Shown: piece by piece, positions 29,701 through 38,674 of the stretch
Position numbering within the stretch: position 1 is the first letter of the stretch
How the letters are laid out: each line of letters starts with the position of its first letter
IMG/VR virus record: IMGVR_UViG_3300041411_000080
Coordinates: 256,859 to 320,858 of that record
Reading direction: 5' to 3' (one strand)
Length of the DNA: 64,000 nt
Translations under genes and position numbers: made by a program
The notes under the pieces: generated by a model
Seen by the model: only the letters and a program-made list of their open reading frames with translations
Databases searched by the model: none
What the model was told of the DNA's origin: nothing

Positions 29701-29952
29701 TTAGAAGTAGAAACCTACACGGTTATCGCGGATGGTGACATTCTTCCAGCCAGCCAGAATGATCATCTCTTTAACCAACTCTACTTCTCTTGAATCGAGG
29801 TGAACTACCAGATTAGTAATCACCTCATCACCCTGATCGAACTCAAGGTCCGTCAGACGGGTAAGGCGAATCGACCGATTGATCTCTTCGAGTGCAGTCT
29901 TGCAATCGGCGGTCAACAGTTGTTCCAGTTTCTGGTTACGTTGAATAAGCAT
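29701..29952 (-). CDS. hypothetical protein
   Basis: 83 aa; TAATG coupling. Confidence 0.7.
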   Translation of the reverse strand: MLIQRNQKLEQLLTADCKTALEEINRSIRLTRLTDLEFDQGDEVITNLVVHLDSREVELVKEMIILAGWKNVTIRDNRVGFYF

Positions 29953-30164
29953 TAGCGGATAGCCTCGTATTGAGTGATAGCTTTGTGACCGTGACGTTTT
30001 ACTTTGCGTTCGAGTTCATGGCTAGAACAGCCCACGACCCAGAACTCACCGTCACGACAGTCGTCCATATTTACGTTGAAGCCTTGTTGCATCAACTGAG
30101 TGATGGTGCAACCCAGTAGTTTAACGCGCCAGCTAAAGTTCATGTTCCTACTCCTTATTTGCAA
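29952..30164 (-). CDS. hypothetical protein
   Basis: True start probably MNFSWR after AAGGAG. Confidence 0.6.
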   Translation of the reverse strand: MQIRSRNMNFSWRVKLLGCTITQLMQQGFNVNMDDCRDGEFWVVGCSSHELERKVKRHGHKAITQYEAIR

Positions 30165-30343
30165 TATTTTTGATAGAGGGTGTCAACTTCACGAGCGTAC
30201 CACTCATGAACGATTTCTCGCTCACGAGTCATCAGCCCACGCCGGTTATTTACCCAGCGTTCTTGCGACACCTTTCTAAGACGACGTTCATACTCGCGGC
30301 GAAGCCAGTAGCTTAGCCAAGCGTACTGCAACTCTTTCCACAT
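30155..30343 (-). CDS. small basic hypothetical protein
   Basis: 62 aa; AAGGAG SD. Confidence 0.6.
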   Translation of the reverse strand: MWKELQYAWLSYWLRREYERRLRKVSQERWVNNRRGLMTREREIVHEWYAREVDTLYQKYCK

Positions 30344-30600
30344 TTCTTTTTCTCCTTGAGCGAATCACGATAAGCTTTTTGATGATCACGAATGTTCATG
30401 CAAACCATGCCCAACGCCACGATGATGATACCCGGAGACAATACGGCTCCGAGCAAGGCGTACTCCAGCTCAATACCCACGAGGTCACCCCGGATAATGG
30501 GAGTGACTTTGAACAGCAGGGTATTGAGGTTGAGGAGGCTGGCCAACATACAGAAGGCGAAACCCGCGGTAAACCAAGCTTCTTTCCAAGACGTTTTCAT
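30313..30600 (-). CDS. two-TM membrane protein
   Basis: Two hydrophobic helices. Confidence 0.65.
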   Translation of the reverse strand: MKTSWKEAWFTAGFAFCMLASLLNLNTLLFKVTPIIRGDLVGIELEYALLGAVLSPGIIIVALGMVCMNIRDHQKAYRDSLKEKKKCGKSCSTLG

Positions 30601-30605
30601 GTAAC

Positions 30606-31403
30606 TTAACCCTTCGCTGCGGTCATCGATACATCGAAGGCTTTACTGGCCTCTTCGTTCGATTTATAACCATCGTTGACCATCTGGTTGAACTCGACGT
30701 CAGTCAAGTCATCGTTATGTTTAATACGTTCACGAATGGTCTCCATGGATTCCTCGTGAACTACCATACCGTCTTTGAAGACAGTCTTGAGTCCAGACGT
30801 ATCGCAATTCACACCAACCCCAGATGCCTTAACGGCGTGTAAACTGTGGTCCAGCGTATAATCACGATAGCCCTCACTCATGAACGACTGGAGTTCTTCA
30901 ACAGCAGTGGGTACATCAACTTCAGTCACTGGTTCCTTTGCCATTGCTTCACGCAGGTAGTCAGCGAGGGTTTTATCAGCGGCAACATCAGCGCACACGG
31001 ACTGTGCATCGTCCATTGCATGGTTATCACCATTCGCCTGATCAGCGACCATCTGGTTCCAACGTTCCCCTTCAAGATCATGATCTTCGAAAGGGATTTC
31101 GTCAGCACGCCGACGACCTTCTTCAGCGATCATTGCGATGTCCCAGGAGTCCATCAGGTCTTCTTCCAGATCACGATCGAACACATCCATAACGCGATGT
31201 CCCGTTACTGTCCAATCTTGATACTCTGTATCGGAATACCACGATTCACGGAAAGGCGCATGTGCAATCACGCAATAGTTGATCGTGTCATCTTCTTCGA
31301 TTACACGGTAGGTACCTTCGGCCGAACGAGTCTTACTCTGGTAGAACTCCAGGTAATTCAGTTCAGCGATGAAGTTAGACAGCGGAAGCTTTTTGTTAGT
31401 CAT
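30606..31403 (-). CDS. acidic hypothetical protein
   Basis: 265 aa, D/E-rich; GAGGA SD. Confidence 0.75.
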   Translation of the reverse strand: MTNKKLPLSNFIAELNYLEFYQSKTRSAEGTYRVIEEDDTINYCVIAHAPFRESWYSDTEYQDWTVTGHRVMDVFDRDLEEDLMDSWDIAMIAEEGRRRADEIPFEDHDLEGERWNQMVADQANGDNHAMDDAQSVCADVAADKTLADYLREAMAKEPVTEVDVPTAVEELQSFMSEGYRDYTLDHSLHAVKASGVGVNCDTSGLKTVFKDGMVVHEESMETIRERIKHNDDLTDVEFNQMVNDGYKSNEEASKAFDVSMTAAKG

Positions 31404-31430
31404 TTTAAGATCCTCTAATTAACGCGGGGG

Positions 31431-31670
31431 TTATTGGAATTTGATGCACTCTACAGTGCGTTCAACGTTTGCAGTGTTAACCTTCTTGGTACTCACCGTA
31501 GCGCCACCAGCAACAACTGGATTGCTGAGGGACATTACAGTTTTAGCCCGATCACACTCAATGTGTGATTGTGGGCCTTCGAACCAGATATGCATCTGAT
31601 CCACATTGACAACCGAACCCCCGTTAACAGGCGCGCCAGCTAACAGGGTAGAGATCAACAAAGCTTTCAT
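31431..31670 (-). CDS. small exported protein with two Cys
   Basis: Signal-like N-terminus; Cys pair. Confidence 0.65.
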   Translation of the reverse strand: MKALLISTLLAGAPVNGGSVVNVDQMHIWFEGPQSHIECDRAKTVMSLSNPVVAGGATVSTKKVNTANVERTVECIKFQ

Positions 31671-32374
31671 CGGGCTTTACCTACAGATGTGCTGAGTTTG
31701 ATTACATGTTTCTCGACATTACTGTGCATGTCGACTTCTGAGATCTCCCAGAATTCCAGCGATTGAGCTTTAGGGTAAACCTTAACGCCCCAACGACTAT
31801 TGTTGTTGTCTTTCACGGTGGTGCGATAAACATCTTCGCCCATCTTTTCAAACAACTTCGAACTACCCAGTTCAACCACCATTGCGATTGCGTCCTGAAG
31901 CACAGAGTTAACACCCTGTTCAATCTCGGTAGCAATGCCTCGCTTATCCTGATTAATCCGCGTAACCAGTTTGTTGATGTTGTTGAGGTCACTCCCTTCC
32001 TTATTACGGCCAGTTACTGGATTCTCTTGGAACCAAGTATAGGCCTGATGCAAACTACGAAGATCACCGACCATAACACCATGTTGCCGGATGAAGTTAT
32101 GTTCTGTCATCAGGGTCAACATCGGGCGAACTTCGATCTTGCCGGGCAACTCGATGATAGGACCGAGGGTATCAGTATTCACATCGTGATACTGAGAGAA
32201 ATTAGCCCAGTCTTCCTGACCCAGTGTTACATCGACATCACCGGTACTGGTGTTGAGACCATGTACTACCATGGCGGTACCGAAGGTGAGGAACCAACGG
32301 TCTACAGGAATACCATAGACGGTTGCCAACGATTCAATGATGTTACGGACTTTAGGGCGGTTGTAATGTTGCAT
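31667..32374 (-). CDS. putative nucleotidyltransferase-fold protein
   Basis: FGTAMVVHG...TGDVDV resembles the pol-beta superfamily hG[GS]..A....G....T.D.D motif. Confidence 0.55.
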   Translation of the reverse strand: MQHYNRPKVRNIIESLATVYGIPVDRWFLTFGTAMVVHGLNTSTGDVDVTLGQEDWANFSQYHDVNTDTLGPIIELPGKIEVRPMLTLMTEHNFIRQHGVMVGDLRSLHQAYTWFQENPVTGRNKEGSDLNNINKLVTRINQDKRGIATEIEQGVNSVLQDAIAMVVELGSSKLFEKMGEDVYRTTVKDNNNSRWGVKVYPKAQSLEFWEISEVDMHSNVEKHVIKLSTSVGKAR

Positions 32375-32383
32375 GATAAAACC

Positions 32384-32779
32384 TTATTCGGTAGGGTAGA
32401 CGATTTTGTTGCCTTCGGAATCGTAGGTACAGAGCAGTTCAGAAACCACGGTGAGCATGTCTGCCAACAATGGTGCTGTTACCAGGTGTTCGTTGTACTG
32501 GATGGTAAGACGATCAACAAAGTTATCTTGTGTTCCATCGTAACATTTATTGCGACCGAATTTCACCATCCAGCTGAAAGGACCTTTGTATTCAATGGTC
32601 CAATCACCCTCAGATTTACTGATCACAAAAAATCCGTTAGGTAGAGGAATTTCTTTACCCACGAGCTTTTCGAGACAGTCGGTGTAACCGTCATCAAACA
32701 GACGGCTAAATACTGCCCGGTGGATGTCGTTCAGAATCCATTGTTTCTTACGGCTAATTGCTTCAGCTTTGGTATTCAT
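32384..32779 (-). CDS. hypothetical protein
   Basis: Start refined to MNTKAE after AAGGAG. Confidence 0.7.
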   Translation of the reverse strand: MNTKAEAISRKKQWILNDIHRAVFSRLFDDGYTDCLEKLVGKEIPLPNGFFVISKSEGDWTIEYKGPFSWMVKFGRNKCYDGTQDNFVDRLTIQYNEHLVTAPLLADMLTVVSELLCTYDSEGNKIVYPTE

Positions 32780-32789
32780 AGTTAACTCC

Positions 32790-33395
32790 TTAGTTTTTAA
32801 TGTAGACCCACCAGGTGTCCCAGATACCGTGCCAACGGATATGGTCAGCATGGAAGAGTTTATCCACCGCAGAAACACGACGGAAGTGTGTATCCAGGTA
32901 TTCATGGAACTTGTCGCAACCAGTGCAACCGCCGTCCCCTTCACCCTGATAGATCAGACGTTGACCAGAAACCATTTTACGAGCAACTCGGTATGCGAGG
33001 TTCTCGTTATAGTTAGGCCACGTCATTACGATACAGTCAGCTTTCTTAAGGTTAACGTTAAAGCAACCTTTACGAGTGAACCCGTAGTTAGGACGCTTAG
33101 TACGTGCCCAATGAGAACGGCATGGATCGTAAGCGCGATAGTTGCGACCCAACCCGGAAGCTTCACGGAGATGGGAGGCGATATAACCCGTGCCAGCGAA
33201 TACTTCAATGACGGTATTGAACTGCTGTAGGAATCGACCAATACGTTTAGCTGTTTCCTCAGTGAGGATACACCACGCGTGTTCTTGAACATGATCCCTT
33301 CGGGCCGTCCAAGAACATTCCCAATCCCTTTCTTTAAAGCGTCTTTCCCATACTGCTTTTGACTCTAGTGCTGGAGCGATATTACCCAAACGCAT
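32790..33395 (-). CDS. putative class I SAM-dependent methyltransferase
   Basis: VIEVFAGTGYIA motif I, AYD motif II, MTWP and YQGE..GGCTG segments. Confidence 0.7.
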   Translation of the reverse strand: MRLGNIAPALESKAVWERRFKERDWECSWTARRDHVQEHAWCILTEETAKRIGRFLQQFNTVIEVFAGTGYIASHLREASGLGRNYRAYDPCRSHWARTKRPNYGFTRKGCFNVNLKKADCIVMTWPNYNENLAYRVARKMVSGQRLIYQGEGDGGCTGCDKFHEYLDTHFRRVSAVDKLFHADHIRWHGIWDTWWVYIKN

Positions 33396-33412
33396 ACTAA
33401 ATTCCCTATTAC

Positions 33413-33532
33413 TTATTCAGAAGCCCAGCTGAGAAAATTCCATACGCATACAACAACGACTACTGCTAGGACTACACCGCATACCACTTCAGTAGTTGAT
33501 TGTTCGCGACCAAGTTCTTCATTGTAGTACAT
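33413..33532 (-). CDS. 39 aa single-TM protein
   Basis: Manual translation MYYNEELG...VVCGVVLAVVVVCVW...; AAGGA SD; first gene after an early promoter. Confidence 0.6.
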   Translation of the reverse strand: MYYNEELGREQSTTEVVCGVVLAVVVVVCVWNFLSWASE

Positions 33533-33566
33533 TTTAAATTCCTTTAAAGAGATTAGATTCATGTAA

Positions 33567-33593
33567 GTAATATAGGCTTATATTAGCTTCTAA
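33567..33593 (-). promoter_or_regulatory. phiKZ-type early promoter
   Basis: TTAGAAGCTAATATAAGCC-TATATTAC. Confidence 0.75.
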
Positions 33594-33639
33594 TACTTAC
33601 CCTATGAGACTATACTTCAATAACCATAGGTAATTTTCA

Positions 33640-35835
33640 ATGGATATGCTGCTTTTTGCTTCTGACTGGGACAGGTTCCATACCGCCCGAGCAGACTTTA
33701 ATACGAAGAACACAACCTTCTTAAAACTCGCTCACTTGTATCGTGACGAACTTAAGATTAAGAATTGGAAGTTCCATCTGGCTCTGATGCAACCTGAACT
33801 ATCGGGTGTCGATCCTTATGATGAGACCTTAGATATCACAACGAAAGCTAAGATTGCTTTTGAATGTAAATGGAACCCATGGTATTACTTCCGTGAGGTA
33901 TCCCGTATTCCCCAAGTCGGTTCGGTACCATCCCCGTTCTTGGCTAACCGTGGTAACATCGCGTTGTACTGGAGTTTCTTTAACCACATTAACTTCGGTC
34001 TACTGCAACCACGTCAAACTGGTAAGTCTGTATCAACGGACGTTCTGATGGTTGGCCTGATGTTCATCTGGGGCTTCAAGACAACTATTAACTTGATCAC
34101 TAAAGACTCGAAACTGCGAGACGCCAACATTGAGCGACTCAAGGAGATGAGGGAACTCTTACCTGACTATATCGACATGGTTGACCGTAACGATGCGGAC
34201 AACTCTGAGATGATGACTTGCACTCGTTTGGGTAACCGTTATAAAACTTCGGTAGCTCGTAACGATAAGATCGCTGCGGATAAACTCGGTCGTGGTTTGA
34301 CCGTACCTATCATGCAGTTCGACGAATTTGCATACATCAGTCGTATTGAGACTTCCCTGCCGGTAGCACTAGCTGCCGGATCTGCTGCCCGTGATAACGC
34401 CCGTAAAGCTAAACAGTTCTTCGGTAACATCTTCACTACAACTGCTGGTGACATTACTACCCGAGATGGTAAGTACGCGCACGGCTTCATGACAGGTGGA
34501 GCTATCTGGTCTGAGACTTACTTTGACCTTCCTACTCAAGCTGCGGTTGAACTCGTGGTAGAGAAAGGGACTACAGGTAAGACGCCTCTGATCTACGGTG
34601 CATTTAACCACCGTCAGCTGGGCCGTGACGATCTATGGTTGTTCCGTACGCTGCGTGAATCTAGTTCCTTTGGTGAGATTGCTGACCGAGACTTCTTTAA
34701 TATCTGGACTGTGGGTGGTGAAGGTTCTCCTCTGACACTTGAACAGAAGAAGATCCTTAAAGAAGGTATGCGTGAGCCTAAGCACATCGAACAAAACGAT
34801 GATGGTTACATCATGCGTTGGTACATCCCACAAAACGAGATCGCTTCTCGTATGGCTAACTGCCGTGTGGTAATGGGTTGTGACCCTAGTGAACTCCTCG
34901 GCGAAGATAACGACGCCACAGGTCTAGTAGGTATCGATACTGAAACTCACGAGATTCTGTTTGCTGGTCGTTATAATGAAACCAACGTAGCTACTCTGGC
35001 TAACTACATTGCTGACATCATTCTCAAGTATCCGGGTGTAACATGGGTACCAGAACGTAAGTCTACCGGTATTAGCTTGATCGACATCGTGATCCTGATT
35101 CTGCACTCAAGAGGCATCGACCCATTTCGTCGTATCTTCAACCGTGTAGTCGACGAAGCACAACTCATGGAATCGGAATACGAAACTATCCGGGCAACTC
35201 CGGTTACTCAACGTACTCCACAGTTCTACGATCGATTCAAACGTCACTTCGGATTCAACACCGCAGGTAGTGGTCGTTACTCGCGTAATGCTCTCTACAA
35301 AGATTCGCTGGGTAGTTCCGTGGATCTTGGTGGTCGGACTATGAACGACAAACAACTCATTACTGAGATGCTCGCCCTTACGATTAAGAACGGTCGTATT
35401 GACCACAACAACGACGCACACGACGACATGTGTGTATCGATGCTGTTGGCTCACTGGGTATGTATCCGTGGTGAGAACTTGGACTTCTACGGTATCAACT
35501 CTAAGACGATCTTCTCTCGGGCTACTACACGAGATGTTGAGCAGACTAACGTTGAGATCTATCGTGACTCGCAATCACGTAAGTATAAAGAAGAGTTCGA
35601 TATGCTGGTCGAGAAGCTTAAAGGTGAATCCAACAAAATGGTTATCACCAAACTCGAAATGCGTATCCGTGCTATTTCTCGTTGGATTGATGTGTCTGAT
35701 GCTGGCGGCGTTGGTATCGATGCCTTGATTCGACAGGTCCATGATGAACGTGTTCGTAAGGTTCGTTCTAACCGCTTCGGTGACGTAGTGCGTGAACAGA
35801 ACCAACGCTTCCGTGGTAACGCTGTAATGATGTAA
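33640..35835 (+). CDS. terL: terminase large subunit (phiKZ gp25-like)
   Basis: Walker A QPRQTGKS, Walker B IMQFDE, coupling motif TTT, nuclease MGCDPS and HDD. Confidence 0.95.
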   Translation: MDMLLFASDWDRFHTARADFNTKNTTFLKLAHLYRDELKIKNWKFHLALMQPELSGVDPYDETLDITTKAKIAFECKWNPWYYFREVSRIPQVGSVPSPFLANRGNIALYWSFFNHINFGLLQPRQTGKSVSTDVLMVGLMFIWGFKTTINLITKDSKLRDANIERLKEMRELLPDYIDMVDRNDADNSEMMTCTRLGNRYKTSVARNDKIAADKLGRGLTVPIMQFDEFAYISRIETSLPVALAAGSAARDNARKAKQFFGNIFTTTAGDITTRDGKYAHGFMTGGAIWSETYFDLPTQAAVELVVEKGTTGKTPLIYGAFNHRQLGRDDLWLFRTLRESSSFGEIADRDFFNIWTVGGEGSPLTLEQKKILKEGMREPKHIEQNDDGYIMRWYIPQNEIASRMANCRVVMGCDPSELLGEDNDATGLVGIDTETHEILFAGRYNETNVATLANYIADIILKYPGVTWVPERKSTGISLIDIVILILHSRGIDPFRRIFNRVVDEAQLMESEYETIRATPVTQRTPQFYDRFKRHFGFNTAGSGRYSRNALYKDSLGSSVDLGGRTMNDKQLITEMLALTIKNGRIDHNNDAHDDMCVSMLLAHWVCIRGENLDFYGINSKTIFSRATTRDVEQTNVEIYRDSQSRKYKEEFDMLVEKLKGESNKMVITKLEMRIRAISRWIDVSDAGGVGIDALIRQVHDERVRKVRSNRFGDVVREQNQRFRGNAVMM

Positions 35836-35844
35836 AAAAGAAAC

Positions 35845-35883
35845 AGCATAAAGCCCCTGCGATTAAGCAGGGGCGATATGTCG
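35845..35883. terminator. bidirectional terminator
   Basis: GCCCCTGC-gattaa-GCAGGGGC between convergent genes. Confidence 0.85.
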
Positions 35884-36339
35884 TTAAAGGTTGTACTCTC
35901 GGGTGAGGAGATCTTTGATCGCAGCAGGAGAGGGCTTTGTAGGCTGTTTGACCAGACGGTACAGAGTAACTCCAATCTCAATAGCTTTACGACGTGCAGG
36001 ATTAACCCCAGCAACTTTCATTGACTCAAAGAAGATCTCATCGACCTCTTTACGATTCAACTTCCGTTTGGTAGTTTCCCAAGTCTCACAAAGCTTATCG
36101 TGAACGACAGCACATTGACCATGTTTACCCCAGACTGGAATCAACCACTGTAGGAACTTAGGTACACTAGCACCATCTGACAGATAACCTCTTGGGATGA
36201 TAACCTTTTCAGTGTGGTCGTTATCCAAGTAATATTCAAACCCCGGATCAACCCACTTATAGTCACCACCTAAAATCTTAGAGGCTTCGTCAGCGTCGTG
36301 TGTTTGGAGTTCCCCTGAGAACCGCGTGAATGAAGACAT
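35884..36339 (-). CDS. DUF1353-like protein
   Basis: IPRGYLSDGASVP...AVVHDKLC...DEIFFESM pattern. Confidence 0.75.
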   Translation of the reverse strand: MSSFTRFSGELQTHDADEASKILGGDYKWVDPGFEYYLDNDHTEKVIIPRGYLSDGASVPKFLQWLIPVWGKHGQCAVVHDKLCETWETTKRKLNRKEVDEIFFESMKVAGVNPARRKAIEIGVTLYRLVKQPTKPSPAAIKDLLTREYNL

Positions 36340-36389
36340 GATGCATTCCTTAGTTGGTTAGATACGAGAGAGCCTAAGCCCTCAACATA

Positions 36390-36953
36390 TCATTTCCGCT
36401 TAAGGTGGAAGAACTCAAACAGTTCATTACCAGTTTCACCATCAAGACACGGCCAAGACTCCTTGACTTCCCAAGGAGGAATTACGGTATCGTGATGAGT
36501 GTAGGTCTCGAAGTTATAATCGAAATAAACCTTTTGATCTTCTGGGGTTGTGTTGTTATCACTAAGAGTACACCAGTTCATCTCGGACAGGTATACTTCA
36601 TCTACGATCTTAACAGCTTCTTCGTAGATAGCCTTACCACCAATGAAGATCAGCTCTTCAACCCCGTGTAGCTTACACCATTCTACTGCATCTGTAATGC
36701 TGGGTGAAACACAAGCTACACCATCCATACACTCAGTAGCGAGGTTTTGAGGGTTAGCCGTGATAACGATGTTCATCCGATTAGGGAGCGGTTTCTTAGG
36801 AAGAGATTCCCAAGTCTTCCGGCCCATTGCTATCGCCTTACCTTTAGTGATATCTTTGAAGTTGACCAGATCAGCTGGACACTTCCATGGGAGTTCATTG
36901 TTAATCCCAATGACGTTATCCATAGAACGAGCCAAGATCATACTAAGCTTCAT
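36390..36953 (-). CDS. folA: dihydrofolate reductase
   Basis: VIGINNELPW, DL..FK, MGRKTWESLP..PLPNR, IGG..IY; start refined to MKLS. Confidence 0.95.
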   Translation of the reverse strand: MKLSMILARSMDNVIGINNELPWKCPADLVNFKDITKGKAIAMGRKTWESLPKKPLPNRMNIVITANPQNLATECMDGVACVSPSITDAVEWCKLHGVEELIFIGGKAIYEEAVKIVDEVYLSEMNWCTLSDNNTTPEDQKVYFDYNFETYTHHDTVIPPWEVKESWPCLDGETGNELFEFFHLKRK

Positions 36954-37497
36954 TCGATGCACCCTCATGGCTGTGCAGGGTGTAGCCAGTAGGACTATAG
37001 GTGAAGGTGTAGGACATATCGAACGTACCAGCTACGTCTTTGAACTCTGGACGCTGACCAGAGATAACTCGACTCAAGCTGAACTGCTGAATGAAATCGA
37101 ACCCACCCAATGCAAAGGTGAACTCCTTATCCACACTACCCTCACGACGCAGAACGCCTTCTAGACGTACTGTACGAGCTTGGTGAAGTACGCTGATGCT
37201 GTACTCGATAACAGCCCAACCATCCAGACCCATAGTTACCAGATCATCGATCCCATAAGCAGTTACGAGGTATTGGAGTGGAGTGATGTGAGGAGTTTCA
37301 CGTTTGAGGTCAAGGATATTAACCAGACCATCCATCTGCTCAAAGGTAACGTCATGGATAACACCTTCTTCAGTCACCACTTTAAACGAACGTCTCAGCA
37401 ACGTCTCGTTAGGGTTCTCAGAAGGGATCAGCAGATCACGGGCGATGTCATTCAGGATCTCAGAGTCGGCTACAACTGGTTTGGTAATCAGGGTCAT
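36943..37497 (-). CDS. candidate nuclear-shell-associated protein ChmB (gp2-like)
   Basis: 184 aa; lies next to DHFR between nrdA and the terminase, where gp2 sits in Pseudomonas jumbo phages; synteny only. Confidence 0.45.
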   Translation of the reverse strand: MTLITKPVVADSEILNDIARDLLIPSENPNETLLRRSFKVVTEEGVIHDVTFEQMDGLVNILDLKRETPHITPLQYLVTAYGIDDLVTMGLDGWAVIEYSISVLHQARTVRLEGVLRREGSVDKEFTFALGGFDFIQQFSLSRVISGQRPEFKDVAGTFDMSYTFTYSPTGYTLHSHEGASNEA

Positions 37498-37856
37498 GCG
37501 ATGGGTTCCTTGTATGGGCCATAAAAGAATTCGAAGAGTTGTTGCTTATACACACTATACCCGAGGATACGTCCATTCTCACGGTAGTGAGTTACAATGT
37601 AATCTCCCGGACATACTTCACGGTCAGTGTCAGTTGGATGGTAGTAAACTGTACTGTTAATCATCCCATGCTCACCCATGTGTTTACTACAGATGGGACA
37701 TACCAGCAGTGAGTCACTATGCGGTTTAAAGGTAGGATGACGCTGTACTATGCGTCCTGTGTTGATACGGTTGATTGTACGGTCTTCTGGATGGTCTCCA
37801 TTACGGAACCATTGGTTAGCTTCCATTACTGGAAGTAAAGCGGAATAAAGAGCCAC
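37494..37856 (-). CDS. hypothetical protein with CxxC..H
   Basis: EANQWFRNGDHP, CPICSKH and VCPGDYIV motifs. Confidence 0.7.
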   Translation of the reverse strand: MALYSALLPVMEANQWFRNGDHPEDRTINRINTGRIVQRHPTFKPHSDSLLVCPICSKHMGEHGMINSTVYYHPTDTDREVCPGDYIVTHYRENGRILGYSVYKQQLFEFFYGPYKEPIA

Positions 37857-37910
37857 CTAGCGATACTCCAAAAATATCATTACATAAACTTAGTACAGCT
37901 GGGTATTCTG

Positions 37911-38504
37911 TTATTTCATTGGAGAGTAACTATCGAACGTTACAACCGTCTTACTCGCAATGTTATCGCCTGAACCATGATGTTCTTGAATCACAGTACC
38001 AGCACCGAAGACTTGGTCATGAACAGCTTGCTGAAGATTAGTACGAATACCATCTTTAATAATATCCATCATCTCACCAGCTAACTTCTTAGCCGCCTGT
38101 TCACATTCAGCCAGCTCCTTAGCGTAGTCCTTAGTGAAGATCTCTTGGATCATATCAGGCATGTGATCCATATTGCCCTCAAGATCCAACCAGCTCACGA
38201 TAGGGGCTTTAGTCTCATCATCCCACTTAACCCCCAGACCCATCACTTGGAAGAGCTTGGCTGCAAGTGTATAGCGTTCAACAGTTTCAGGAGGCGTCTT
38301 ACGAAGACTATCCATGATCATGTCGTACATGAGCATCGTTTGACCACTATTGCGGGGATAAACGTTACCGAGATGAAACGACTGGAGTGAACCACCGTTC
38401 AGACGTTCATCGGTTATGAACTTACCTGAAGGAATATCGAGCAATGCTCCAGCATTGAATTTAGGAGCTAGATGCTTTACGTGTTTCGCCAATTCTTTAT
38501 TCAT
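37911..38504 (-). CDS. hypothetical early protein
   Basis: 197 aa; GGAG SD; behind an early promoter. Confidence 0.75.
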   Translation of the reverse strand: MNKELAKHVKHLAPKFNAGALLDIPSGKFITDERLNGGSLQSFHLGNVYPRNSGQTMLMYDMIMDSLRKTPPETVERYTLAAKLFQVMGLGVKWDDETKAPIVSWLDLEGNMDHMPDMIQEIFTKDYAKELAECEQAAKKLAGEMMDIIKDGIRTNLQQAVHDQVFGAGTVIQEHHGSGDNIASKTVVTFDSYSPMK

Positions 38505-38541
38505 GATAACTCCAAAGTCATATTAAGGGAACTACACCAGT

Positions 38542-38568
38542 GTAATATAAATCTCAAATAAAATCTGC
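38542..38568 (-). promoter_or_regulatory. phiKZ-type early promoter
   Basis: TTTTATTTGAGATT-TATATTAC. Confidence 0.65.
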
Positions 38569-38674
38569 TAAACCTTATGCAAGAGGAAAGGATTCTAAAA
38601 TATACTGACTGTTCAAAGACTATGTTAGAATCTATTTCAATCAAAACCATCAACACTAAAACTGGAAGTAAGAA

